A stretch of DNA of 64,000 bases from Macrostomum hystrix (GCA_950097015.1 CATNEN010000002.1:6882001-6946000); one strand, 5' to 3'. Numbered from the stretch's first letter, positions 36,815 to 49,335 are shown. Program-made: numbers and translations. Notes: generated by a model not told the origin, from the letters alone.

Positions 36815-37538
36815 TAAAAAATGTTGCTTTTTGTCATTTCTTAATTAAGCTGTGACTGAATACTCTGCCAGGCCTCGACTTGAAATTCTAGTCGGGCACG
36901 CCACCAGGCTAGTCGTGTTGAGGCCCATGATCTGACCTGGCGAGCCGCACTGCGTATAACGCACTTAAGCCAGTAGCCACGTTTTCTCGTTGCAGATACC
37001 GTGTCCTCGGGCCAGCTCTCCTCGATAAAGTTTTCTAGCTCAGTTAAGAGCTTCACAAGTTGAATCCATTTGCGGTTATTCATCTCTGTCTGATGAATTA
37101 TGGACTGCTGGCTTCGCATTATCCCGACGATAACATAGCTGAATCTGATGAATAAGAAAGAAACAAAAGTTTGTGACTCAATGATTTGGCGAGTTAGTGT
37201 AACAATCTCGACGTGCATTAACTCTCGATAAGTGGCAACTTGCAATGAAACTGATTCAGCATGCCCGTTTCAGAAAGTTGCTGCGCCTTTGAATTCTGAC
37301 CTGCACACTTAATGAGCAGTTAGTTTGGACTTGGAATTTTTTAACAACATGCTAAGGACAGAGATAGAGAGAGAAGAGAGAGAGATAGACTTTGACTTAG
37401 AAAATTCCTCGTGCGAGTTAGAACTTGGAAAATTTTTGGTGCGTTTTGAGTTAAATGTAAAAGGACTGTCCTATGAGGTGCTGTCTATTTATTTCGCCAT
37501 AAGAAAAACGCGTTTGTTTCATATTTTTCTATACTACT
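36815..37538. repeat. ~720-bp direct repeat, copy 2
   Basis: See copy 1; retains the open plus-strand ORF 37325-37648. Confidence 0.95.
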
Positions 37539-38149
37539 CCGGTCGCGTGCTGCAGGCCTGTAGCTCTCGAGGGAGGGGTCAGGGTAAGATAAGAGGGGAA
37601 GGAGGAGTGGGGGAGGTTCTGTGGCTTGACAAGGGGCCAAGACACTAGTTAAGCACGGGGCTCGATTTAAAAGCTCACCTAAAGAGGTGGCTTGCACTAT
37701 TAAGGATATCTAAACAGGCAATGAGCCCGTTATTGCTGATCGAGCTTAAAGCTCTAGGCAGTCTAGGGTCTAAGCCCTGAGAGTTAAACTCCTGAGAGTT
37801 GGCGGGGGAGAGTGAAAGAAGTGGCTTCCACGGACAATGGGAAGCGCAGGCGCCGACCTGCCTACAGTGACAATACATGTATCTAAAGGGGAAAGGTCAT
37901 ATAAGCGAGCTGGGCTCGAATTACACTAAAGAAGTGGGGACATAAAGAATTATTGATCACTCATAATGCCCGAGTGATTCCCGATATCTGATCGCGGTTT
38001 GGAGGGGAATTATGACCTAAACTAGTTCATACAGCAAAGTTATGGGCCCGCGATCAGTCATTCCTACTGGGGATGAGACAGATCCAGGGAGATGGCTACT
38101 CGATGGCTACTCAATTCACCGCCGCCCCAAACCCGGCCCTAAAATTGAG

Positions 38150-38485
38150 ACAATGAGACAATGGGGGGCATGAGACAATGGGGGCATGAGACAATGGGGG
38201 CATGAGACAATGGGGGGCATGAGACAATGGGGGGCATGAGACAATGGGGGCATGAGGCCATTAGGGCATGAGACAATGGGGGCATGAGACCATTAGGGCA
38301 TGAGACAATGGGGGCATGAGACCATTAGGGCATGAGACAATGGGGGCATGAGACCATTAGGGCATGAGACAATGGGGGCATGAGACCATTAGGGCATGAG
38401 ACAATGGGGGCATGAGACCATTGGGGCATGAGACCATTGGGGCATGAGACCATTGGGGCATGAGACCATTGGGGCATGAGACCCC
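38150..38485. repeat. ~16-bp tandem repeat (catgagacaatggggg / catgagaccattaggg)
   Basis: Direct observation. Confidence 0.92.
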
Positions 38486-38542
38486 ATGCTGCCCCCTCCA
38501 TTGATTCAAACATGTAGACAGAAAGAAGTCACAAAAACTCAC

Positions 38543-39214
38543 CTTCGCTTCTTGCTGTCCTGGCACTCTCGCGCCATTTGCAGGACTTGCTTGTGCATGG
38601 CGAAGACTTCCAGAATCTCGACTGCCGTCAGGAGTTCGTCCTCCTGCTTGTCAGCGAGGATTGCGCGATATTCATCGCGTAGCCTGAGGGAGCTCTTGGT
38701 CCAGTCAGCGGTGGATTGTAGAGATTGTAGAGACATCGAGCAGGCGCATCAGACGAGAGAGGTAGCACCGCATCTGCCTGATAGTGGCCGGCTTGTAGCG
38801 GCCGCCATCGAAGCTCCTCCAGTAGATGCACAGGTCATCAATGACCTCTGATGAGGCGTGATCCGCAGGAACTTGCTTCTTGAGCTCCCGAATCTGCTGA
38901 ATGGCAGCTTCCTTCTCAGCAGCTTGCTCAGCACTCCTCTCGGCAGCATGTTGCCTACGGACGTGCGCGTTCAGCAGCTCGGCATTGCTGAAGTTGATTC
39001 CGCAACTTGATTCCGCAAGTTGATAAGGCTGCCACCAAGGACTTGCAGCTTCTTCGTGGGGCAGTGCGCTGTCCAGGGCCAGCTTCTCTAGCTTCTTCTT
39101 GTGCTTCTTGCGTACATGCTGGCTCAGTCGAGAGTTGCTGATGGACTTAGTGCACCCATCGAATGGGCACAGGTAGAGCTTTCCGGCCCTTGGCTTGGGC
39201 TTGGCGGCAGTGCT
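38543..39214 (-). pseudogene. C2H2 zinc-finger protein fragment followed by a possible tyrosine-recombinase N-terminal domain; frameshifted, ends at a splice donor
   Basis: Start-less 170-codon frame 39214-38705 encodes YLCPFDGCTKSISNSRLSQHVRKKH, CGINFSNAELLNAHVRRQH and YWRSFDGGRYKPATIRQMRCYLSRL; a second frame ends at AG|GTGAGT (38543). Confidence 0.5.
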
Positions 39215-40289
39215 TCATTGTCTGTTGACTCAGGCTCACCAAGCAACAGTTGCAAAAATCCTAGGCTACTCCATGACTGAATTAAAATTGAGACAGATGC
39301 AAAATTTGTGCGAATACCTCCGACCTTTAAAGCAAGTACAGACAAGCTCATTTATGCTACGGGCGCTATTGATGGCTCGGGTAGTATGCTTTCACGCCTG
39401 AAATTGATGAGCATTCAGTTGCGTAATAACAAAGAAAACCGCATCACTCGAGCTCAAATCACTGTCTCCCTTATCCCTTTCCCCTTTTTCAAACAACCCT
39501 TTGTGCCAATAAATTCCATTTTAAGGCTGGCTGAGAAATGCGTGTTCCTGGATAAGAATATGCGATTCGCTTTTGGTGAAGATTCATCTTATCGCTCTTT
39601 ATTTATAGGATCCAAAATGGGAGAATCACCGCCCATCCACTCATTTAAAATGATGAGCTTTCAGTTGCGCAATCCCAGAGAGCTCGAGTGTCTCTTGAGC
39701 CTGTTCTGTCGTTCAAAAGACCGAAATTCCTGTCATAATTTCTTCCAAGCATTGACTAGAAATCTAGGACATGAGTGTCTCCTGGTAGGGGTGTTCGAAC
39801 CTGGGGCTTACGACCCCAAACACTGAACCCGAAACCCGACCTTCGCCTGACTTTCCCCTTCACTGTATCTATTGGTTTTTTGCTTGATTCTTCTCTGGTA
39901 TTTCACAAGAACAAGAAACTTTGCGCTTGTACTTTTAGCAGAATAAAAACGTGTGGCGGCCAAGCCCGCATGCAGCGCCGTCTGCGGAGCAGTTGCACTC
40001 AAACCCCGGCCGCTAAGCCGGGGGTGTTTTGACTCACGCCACGCTCTCGCACCTCCCCACGCTCAATACGCTCGTACGAGTATATAAAGAACTTTTGATA
40101 ATAAATTTGTGTATGCATCTTCCTCGCCGCATTTCATTTTGCGAGACGCTAAAAACGGACTTATAATTCAAAGCTATTTTCAATGTACAATGAAATACAA
40201 TACAATATATATACAATGATATACAATGAGGATAAGAAAAAAGCTATTTCGAAAAAACTTAATGAAAGCAGAAAGCGGCAGAAGTTAGA

Positions 40290-40680
40290 CAGGCAGTTAC
40301 TAAGACAGGGGAGAGATAAGACACTGGAGAGATTACAGGGGAGATAAGCCTGGGAAGAGATGAGACACGGGAGAGATGAGACACATGATAGATAAGACTG
40401 GCCGGAGAGATAAGACAGAGGAGATGAGACAGAAGAGATGAGGCGCAGGAGAGATGAGCCACGGGAGAGATGAGACAGGGGAGAGATAAGACAGGAGAGC
40501 TGAGACATGGGAGAGATGAGACAGGGGAGAGATAAGACAGGGAAGATGAGATAGGGAAGAGATAAGACAGGAGAGATGAGACAGGGGAGAGATGAGACAC
40601 GGGAAAAAGACAGGAGATCAGATGAGACACGGGAGAGATGAGAAGCTCGATCTCAAATTGAGAAAGATAAGACAGGATAC
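40290..40680. repeat. GA-rich ~16-bp tandem repeat (gggagagatgagacag)
   Basis: Reverse-complement relative of the 6545-7095 array. Confidence 0.85.
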
Positions 40681-42532
40681 TATAGGTGTTGGAAGGGGCA
40701 ACGGGCTGGATTTGGGAGCTTCGAGGGCCGCGGGCCGGAGTTTGCCGACCCCTGCATTAGTTGAACGGAATATCAAAGATGATTGTTCATATTCTTAAAC
40801 TTAAACTGCCTCATCGGGAAGACTAAAACGTTAAACATCATGTCGCCATACACACAGAAAAAATAGTTGCCATTAGCAGGTGAAGTATTGAGGAGTTAAA
40901 GAACCATAAATTCATACAATGATAATCGATTTAGTTGCCAGGACCTCAAATACAATTTACATCTAACGGAAAATTGATTATTTATCGCCAATAGTAGCGT
41001 ACTTATAAAACCTGCGCTAGTTGTATTTATTTTTTGTGTCGAATTATGTTGAGCCTTTACCGATTAAGGCTCTTCATTATTCGTGCTAGAATATTTGTTT
41101 GAGTTTGTATAGTTAATGTCGACAACATGATTAAGACGTACGTTTTAAATATGTGAACGTACAATCATGAATTTCTTGATGGTGTGTAACCATTATGCAC
41201 AAACCAACGCAGGTGTGTAATAGCTATATCTAGTGGTATGAATATGATACATGACAGTTTAAAACTGATTATTGATATTCATCATATAATAATAAATGGT
41301 TGTAGGTTGTGTAGATGTTTGAGGTAGTAAACCTCTGCCTCATTGGCTGCCTCACCTGCCTGCCATGCCCATGCAGCCCATCTTATAGGCTAACTCCAGC
41401 ATTCCAGGGTTCAAGTGGATAGTGGATGGCATTGACAATTCGTAACTATGTTCTCGGTTGAGTCTAAATCGAACCCTTTATTGTGGGCTGCAGCCTAACT
41501 AAATGCTAATCTAACATCAGCTGGTCGGCAGGTCTGAAATTACGCAATGGCTGTAGTCCTACTTGAACTTGTTCTTGTTCCTGTGACAGTGGAATCAGGA
41601 ATAGAGTATTGTAAGTAGTTCAGGATCTAGAAGCAGAGGGGGGCTAAACTTTTAAAGGCCCAGCAAGTATCAAGTTTCAAAGTATGAGTAAAAAATAGTA
41701 ATGCTATTGACATTGTAACTTGCTTTCTGTAGTGATATTTGCTAAAGTTGCAGATATAAAACTGAAATCCTTTTTGTGCATCTGAAGCAGTGGAATAAAA
41801 GATAGTTGTAAAAGAGATAGTATAGGCCTATACAAACTATTTTTGTTTGCTTACTAAATAAGCCTGTAATAATATATTGTTTAAGAAATATAAGACAAAT
41901 ATAAATATCCAGCTATGTTTAGGCCTGTTATAATAATAAGAATAATAATATTATAATTATTATATTATTATATTATTATTATTATTATTATACTGTTATT
42001 AGCTATATTTTTCACATTTCCTAATGGGTAAAAAGGCTATCATGTGATAATATATATTTGTAGATTGTATAAAAGATCTAAAGGCTATAGCTAGACCTCT
42101 ATAATTTTTTGTATGCCAAAGGTATTAACTAGGACATATCTAGTTATATAAAAATGTTAAACATTTTTATGAAACTTTTTATATGGATGAAACTTTTATA
42201 TAAAAATGTTTAACATTTTTTATGAAACTTGGGACATTCATATTTATATACTTAAATATATATAATTTAACACTCTATATTAACTTTCATAATATGCCAT
42301 TTTTGAAAAAGCTATCGAGCTAGCTATAAATCTAATAAGCTATAAGGCTAGAGTCTAATTGCAAACTTTTTATGTCAATGCAACTTTTTATTAATTCTGC
42401 TGAGATACAATTATATGATAGCTATAGGCCTAGCTTATTAATTAGATAACTTTATCTACAGAGTTGTTTATTTGCTTTTATCCTTCATTCCATTCCAGCA
42501 CCAGAGACATTAGCTAGCTATTCTTCTCACAG

Positions 42533-44089
42533 ATGGACATCAAAAGGCGAAAGAAGCGAAGAGAGTTGAGCAGTGAGCAGAAAGCTGAGATCAAAGATGC
42601 ATTCGAGCTCTTTGACAGCGACAATGACAATGCCATCACTTATCACGAATTCAAAGTGGCGCTGCGAGCACTTGGCTTTGATCTGAAGAAGACTGAGGTA
42701 GCCAAGCTGGTGCAGGACTACAATGTCAAGGTGAGAACTAGGCTTGGATTGGAGAAATGAGACAATAATTTTACAGGAAAATGTTGGATTAGTGGAAAAT
42801 GCTGTCGGATTAGGGGAAAATGCTGTTGGATTAGGGGAAAATGCAGTCGGATTAGAGGAATATGCAGTCGGATTAGAGGAATATGCAGTCGGATTAGTGG
42901 AAAATGTAGTCGGATTATTGTAAAATGTAGTCGGATAAGTGGAAAATGCAATCGGATTAGCGGAATATGCAGTCGGATTAGTGGAAAATGCAGTCGGATT
43001 AGTGGAAAGTGTAGTCGAATTATTGTAAAATGTAGTCGGATAAGTGGATAATGCAGTCGGATTAGCGGAATATGCAGTCGGATTAGTGGAAAATGCAGTC
43101 GGATTAGTGGAAAATGTAGTCGGATTATTGTAAAATGTAGTCGGATAAGTGGAAAATGCAGTCGGATTAGCGGAATATGCAGTCGGATTAGTGGAAAATG
43201 CAGTCCGATTCGTGAAAAGTGCAATCGGATTAGCGGAATTTGCAGTCGGATTAGTGGAAAATGCAGTCCGATTCGTGGAAAGTGCAATCGGATTAGCGGA
43301 ATATGCAGTCGGATTCGTAGAAAATGCAGTCGGATTATTTTAAAATTTAGTCGGATTAGTGGAAAATGCAGTCGGATTAGAGGGCTGTTGTCGTGATGTG
43401 AGTTGAGTAGTTTTCAACTTTTTGAATAATAGGGCCTATCTGTGGATTAAAGATTTCAATAAAAAGGAATAGAATTGGATTAGATAGATAGTAAAGAAAT
43501 CTGATTCGTGAAAAGGGAATAGAATTAAAAAGAAATTCTAAAGGATTAAAGAGGCGAGAAATCGGATTTGTGTATAATGAAATTGGATTAATGAATAGTG
43601 CAACCGGATTAGACCGTTAAATAAATTGGATTAGTAGAAACTTGAACGGATTAGTGAATAGGGAAATTGGATAGGGTAATGGAATCGGATTAGTAAATCA
43701 TGTAATTAGAAGAATCTAGAAGAAAACAAATAAAACAATTTGAAGAGAAATGGAATATATTTGTGTATATATAATCGGATTGAAGGGAGATTTGGCATGC
43801 CCGTCCGCAGGACGAGTCCGGCAAGCTGTCGCAGGCCGACTTCACCGAGATAGTCACCGACATGCTGCTGGACCGCGACCCCACAGACGAGATCGTGCGC
43901 GCCTTCAAACTGTTCGATGACGACGACTCAGGCAAGATCACATTCCGCAACCTGAAGAAGGTGGCCAAAGAGCTGGGCGAGAACATGTCCGACCAGGAGC
44001 TGCGGGCCATGATCGAAGAGTTCGACAAGGATGGCGACTCGGCCATCTCGCTGGAGGAGTTCATGGCCATCATGACCGGGGAGGCCTGA
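42533..44089 (+). CDS. CETN3: Centrin-3 (EF-hand centriole protein); exons 42533-42730 and 43811-44089, 158 aa (a short upstream exon is possible)
   Basis: [25 protein letters not shown]...ALRALGFD...[55 protein letters not shown] matches the centrin-3 subfamily; phase-0 intron AAG|GTGAG...CCGCAG|GAC. Confidence 0.93.
42780..43382. repeat. 21-bp tandem repeat (aaaatgcagtcggattagtgg) in the centrin intron
   Basis: Direct observation. Confidence 0.93.
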
Positions 44090-44640
44090 GGGCTGTGTGC
44101 CCATAGACTTAATGACCGGGGAGGCCTGTGTGCTCATAGAATTTATGACCGGGTAGGCCTGTGTGCTCATAGACTTTATGACCGGGTAGGCCTGTGTGCT
44201 CATAGACTTTATGACCGGGGAGGCCTGTGTGCTCATAGACTTTATGACCAGGGAGGCCTGTGTGCTCATAGACTTTATGACCGGGGAGGCCTGTGTGCTC
44301 ATAGACTTTATGACCAGGGAGGCCTGTGTGCTCATAGACTTTATGACCAGGGAGGCCTGTGTGCTCATAGACTTTATGACCGGGTAGGCCTGTGTGCTCA
44401 TAGACTTTATGACCGGGTAGGCCTGTGTGCTCATAGACTTTATGACCGGGGAGGCCTGAGGGCTGTGTGCTCATGGACTTTATGACCGGGTAGGCCTGTG
44501 TGCTCATAGACTTTATGACCGGGGAGGCCTGTGTGCTCATAGACTTTATGACCGGGGAGGCCTTAGGGCTGTGTGCTCATGGACTTTAAGACCGGGGAGG
44601 CCTGAGGGCTGTGTGCTCATGGACTTTATGACCGGGGTTG
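44072..44640. repeat. 33/41-bp tandem repeat whose first unit is the last codons and stop of centrin-3
   Basis: Unit atgaccggggaggcctg(agggctg)tgtgctcatagacttt begins at the centrin Met-Thr-Gly-Glu-Ala codons. Confidence 0.93.
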
Positions 44641-45374
44641 AGGGTTCTGAGTATTTTATTGCTCCTTGATAAGGCGCTGTTTCTCTAATAAACGCTCTGC
44701 CGTCCGATATCTCACAGTGCAGGCCTATCGTAAAATAGCGTACAGGTAGCAAACTCAAGTTGAATATTGAATTAAAGCTCGGGGGCTGGGCCTCCAGGTA
44801 TCATTAGTTGAGCTAATTGCTGTTTAATCAGCATATAATTATATGTACTATTATTGCTTGTTTGCTTGTCATGTCTGGTCTGTTCATTTAGTTTATTATA
44901 ACTGCTTCTTTTTTAGAGTTTTTATACTCGGCCGTCAGTTGTATGTAACTCTGAATGGCTGCTTCCCAATTTTAACTAACGTTTTTCTAATGCTGAGCAA
45001 GATTTTGGTGTGAAAGTTTGACTGTTAGTCAACAACATGAGAGACCAAATACAACTGAACTTATGATCGTAATTTAGCGTCCTGCACAAAAAATCTTACA
45101 ATCCATAAACTACGTTTTTTGTTTTATCATTCTTCAGCACTTTGATTTTTTTATGTTTTTTATTACTTGCAGTATCATTACTTTATTACTTGATTCTGGA
45201 AGTTGTTTCAAAGGATAGAGCGAAAATTTTTGGCATGTTCTGGATTCTCAAGGTGATTGGTGGAATAATTTAGGAGATACAGAAAAAAATTTAAAATACT
45301 CCCCATGGTTTTTCAACTGTTAATGTTAACGGCAAGTGAGATTTTGTCATTGTAGGCCATAAGAATTGGTTACT

Positions 45375-46170
45375 GTAGGTAGTGAGACTCAGTCATTGTA
45401 AGTCACGAGATTCAGTCATAGTAGGTAGTGAGATTCGGTCATTGTAGGTCATGATATTCGATCATTGTAGGTCATGAATCTCATGATATTCGATCATTGT
45501 AGGTCATGATATTCGATCATTGTAGGTCATGATATTCGATCATTATAGGGATTGAAATTCGGTCATTAAAGGTAGTGTGATTCGGTCATTGTAGGTCATG
45601 ATATTCGATCATTGTAGGTCACGATATTCGGTCATTGTAGGTCATGAATCTCATGATATTCGATCATTGTAGGTCATGATATTCGATCATTGTAGGTCAT
45701 GATATTCGATCATTATATTCGATCATTGTAGGTCATGATATTCGATCATTGTAGGTCATGATATTCGGTCATTATAGGGATTGAAATTCGGTCATTAAAG
45801 GTAGTGTGATTCGGTCATTGTAGGTCATGATATTCGATCATTGTAGGTCACGATATTCGATCATTGTAGGTCATGAATCTCATGATATTCGATCATTGTA
45901 GGTCATGATATTCGATCATTGTAGGTCATGATATTCGATCATTATAGGGATTGAAATTCGGTCATTAAAGGTAGTGTGATTCGGTCATTGTAGGTCATGA
46001 TATTCGATCATTGTAGGTCACGATATTCGGTCATTGTAGGTCATGAATCTCATGATATTCGATCATTGTAGGTCATGATATTCGATCATTGTAGGTCATG
46101 ATATTCGATCATTATAGGGATTGAAATTCGGTCATTAAAGGTAGTGTGATTCGGTCATTGTAGGTCATTG
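45375..46170. repeat. 23-bp monomer (tcattgtaggtcatgatattcga) satellite with ~170-bp higher-order repeat
   Basis: Marker tcatgaatc at 45472, 45642, 45871 and 46041. Confidence 0.9.
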
Positions 46171-46386
46171 TAGAGTTTGGTAATGGTGTAATACAACCTT
46201 ACTTGTAGGTTATACTTACTAACTGCTCAATGTAATTTCACTGGAGATTTTCAACAAAGAGAACAACACTCAATGCAAAGCAGATTTAGTTTGGGTTTTT
46301 CAAGCCTTTTCGCATGTGTTCTATTGTATTGGTTCCAGTCAGTTTATATCAATCTTGGGATTCCCAGGCAGTCAGAGTCCCAGTGT

Positions 46387-47935
46387 TCAGTGCCTCCCGG
46401 CTCCCCGCTGCTTGCAGTAGTTCGCAAACTCCTGGTCGGTCAAGAGCACACGCGGACAGGACCGCCTGGTGCAGGAGGCCTCTCCCTGGTCGACACAGAA
46501 GCACCTGTTGCAGCCGTCGTTGAAGCCTTGCCTGCGGCGGACAGCGTCGCCGACGCAGACTTCGCTGGGCTGCAGGCAGCGGCTGCGAAGGCTGGCTCGC
46601 TGTTTCTTTGCCTCCACGGCCTGCACCGCCGCCTCGCAGTAGGCAGTGGCCGCAGCGGATCCGTCTGGAGAGGGGCAGGCCTTGAAGGTGCTCTGGCCGG
46701 TGCCGTCAGCGTGGCAGGTGATGCTGTTGCAGCCGTCCGAATAGGACAGGCCGTTGGTTGTCCGGCCGCAGATCTCACTGATGGCCAGCTGGGGGCAGGC
46801 GAACTCCTGCTGCTGCTGATCGCTTCGGCGACGCCTTTGCATCGATGACCTGCGTTTTTAATATGCATTGTGATAACAATAATTACAGGGGGGCTGCAGG
46901 CAATGGCAAATCATTTGGTGACAATTCTGCGGCCCATTTAACTGACTCCTAACTAACTGGCACACACACAGATACTGTAAGCAGGCACATGCTCACACAG
47001 GTGTGTACATAGGCCCTGACTTGCTCATCTTCAGGCAGTGTACACTTGCACTGTGCCTTGGAGACTAGCCCTCAAGGGCGTCAAGGGTGACAAGCCACCA
47101 AGCCTTCACTCGCCCCAAATGAATGTAGCCTCGCCTTGGAATCGAGCTCAGGACCTTGGTGCGAGAGGCAAACGCGTTAACTGCTCATCCCCTTATGCAC
47201 TGTGATAGTCAAGTCTTGACACTCAACAATTCGGACTATTACCTAACTAGACTTCAAATCCATTTCGCTGGCCCCTAAGCACAAGCACACGGATTGCGTA
47301 CATGTATACTCATGTATACCCACAAGCCTTGTCCTGCGGGAACGTGTGCTCAAAATGTTCTTGGCTTTGGAGCAAGAGTTGGAGTTACTGCCCAAGAAAA
47401 TCAGTCTATGGCCAGGAGCATACCTGACAGTCGGGTCTCACCTATCTGGCTCATTAGCAGCTTCGGTGTTCAGGCTGTCAACAAACTGGCAGTACGCGGA
47501 CTCCGGTCGTCCTTCCTGGCAGGACCGCCTCGTGACGCCGGCGACGGAGCCGTCAGCCGAGCAGGCGATCATGTTGCAGCCGTCAGTGAAGCGGAAGCCG
47601 GATCCGGTGTTGCCGCCGCGGGCGCGCGAGCAGACAGCCTCCGCCGCGGCATTCGGGCACAACCGCGACGGCAGGCGGTCAAAGACGTTGAAAGCGAGGC
47701 TGCGGCACAAGCTTCGCTGGTCGTCGTTTCCGGGGGGCGGGCACTGGCGCCTGGTGGAGGCGGCGCCGCCGCCTGGCAGGCAGCGAATCCGGTTGCAGCC
47801 GTCGGTGAAGTCGAAGCCTTCGCGAGCGTAGGCGCAGATGGAATCGGCCGGGCTGAGCTCGGGGCAGGCGATGCTGACTGTCTCGGAGCTGGCAGCAGCC
47901 GCTAGTGCCAGCAGCAGTAGGACAGGCCTCAGCAT
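46387..47935 (-). CDS. Secreted four-domain pacifastin-like protein B (~318 aa); exons 47935-47442 and 46849-46387
   Basis: Signal peptide MLRPVLLLLALAAAASS; phase-2 intron AG|GTGAGA...ACGCAG|G joins the frames; the last domain is a canonical pacifastin pattern C..DGCNRCFC..G..CTRRSCP; RRRRS linker. Confidence 0.85.
46880..47192 (-). mobile_element. SINE family 1 copy in the intron of pacifastin-like gene B
   Basis: Reverse-complement match to 978-1350. Confidence 0.8.
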
Positions 47936-48589
47936 TGCTCAGATGTTTTTGGTTGCAAATTCTTGTAGAGAGTCGCAACAATGCTTGCCTTAGTTCGCTT
48001 CCTCGAGCAGTAGGCGGCTCGCTTTTATGCCCGAATCGCGACCCCTCGGCCAGCGGATTGGCCTCATTAATCAGAAGGCAAAAAATTGCTTCCGCCGCAA
48101 CCTCAAACTGGCGCGAGCTTTGAAAACTGATTGGAAATTCGCATTAATGATTCGTGCGGGGCTACCCAAACATCACCAGTTCGGGCCTGCAGTGTGTGAG
48201 CTCGATCGTTAATCAATTGCTGCTGCTGTTTGTTGCCGAACTTTTATGGCTGCTGACAATGATTGTTCAAAATGGTTCGAAAATGGCAAGCGATCTTGTT
48301 TTTATTCGTGTTATTATTCTTGCTTCTTTAACATGGAAAATGTTTTTCTCCATTTTCGCTGCAATAAAAGCTTGCCATTTTGCTTGTAAATCTACCAGCA
48401 ATGCCTCTGGGAATGAAACTCGAGTCAACTAGAAGGTACTCGATGGTTTGGTGTGTAGCAAAATGTAAACAAATGAGGCGGTCGGTGTTGCTTTCAGCTT
48501 TCGGTTGATTTACGACAGGAAAAATAAACTCCAGAACATATTTTCTTGGATGCCAGGTATTGCAATACGAAAAACCAACTTGTCAGAGG

Positions 48590-48685
48590 TAAGAGGTGGC
48601 GTCTCCCCAGTCCATGGACCGAACAGCTGTACGCAGCCTTCAGATGCGCTGCGCAATTGCTGCGGCTGGCATGTCTGCTGCACAT
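48590..48685 (+). mobile_element. SINE family 2, 3' fragment
   Basis: gtggcgtctccccagtccatggaccgaacagctgtacgcagccttcagatgcg. Confidence 0.65.
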
Positions 48686-49054
48686 CTAGCTCAATCAGGG
48701 TACTCAAAGTTTAATGAAAAAGGAAAAAATCTGCCTTTTTAGTTTTGTGATGCTAAAAACGAAAAGCATTGACAATCGCTTTTATGCTCATGCTGGGAGA
48801 CGATTGACAATCGCTTTTATGCTCATGCGTATGCTCATGCTCATTTTATGCTCATGCTGGGAGACGATTTGGCAAATTTGCGAATACCGGAGATAACTTT
48901 CAACGGGTCTAGAATCCCGCAATTTTCTGCTGGACAATGGCTGTGGTGACTATTGAATATATTGCCACGCGCCGTGTGCATGTTAATTAAGATTTTCAAT
49001 CGAAATTTACATTAAAGGCCCTATGTTATACACTCGTAAAAAAACTTAAATATC

Positions 49055-49335
49055 ATTTTGTGACACTAGACCCGCAGCCATCGACGAGGAAATTCTGCCC
49101 ATTTCGCTGACTCCTGAGCACACGCTCACACATGTGTGTACATCTGCCCTGACTTTCTCATCGTCAGGCAGTGTTCATTTCATTGTGCTTTGGAGGTTGG
49201 CCCCCAAGGGCGTAAATTGCACGACAAGCCCCCAAGCCTTCTCTCCACGGCTGCGCCCAAAATAAATGTGGCCTCGTCGCGGAATCGAGCTCAGGGACCT
49301 TGGTGCGGGATGCAATCGCGTTAACCGCTCTGCCA
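49055..49335 (-). mobile_element. SINE family 1 copy
   Basis: Reverse-complement match to 978-1310. Confidence 0.85.

Larger units (their letters stand above)
31385..37540 (-). mobile_element. Decayed Polinton/adintovirus-like endogenous DNA element (boundaries approximate)
   Basis: Cluster of protein-primed-type PolB pseudogene, dUTPase remnants, TBP-like ORF and internal duplications; no TIRs, integrase or capsid genes recognised. Confidence 0.65.

Noticed and set aside
43690-44073. Antisense ORFs over real exons (also 15936-16271, 17059-17511, 25190-25525, 46273-46848, 47294-47905, 53031-53414)
   Set aside because: Shadows of GC-rich sense-strand coding sequence
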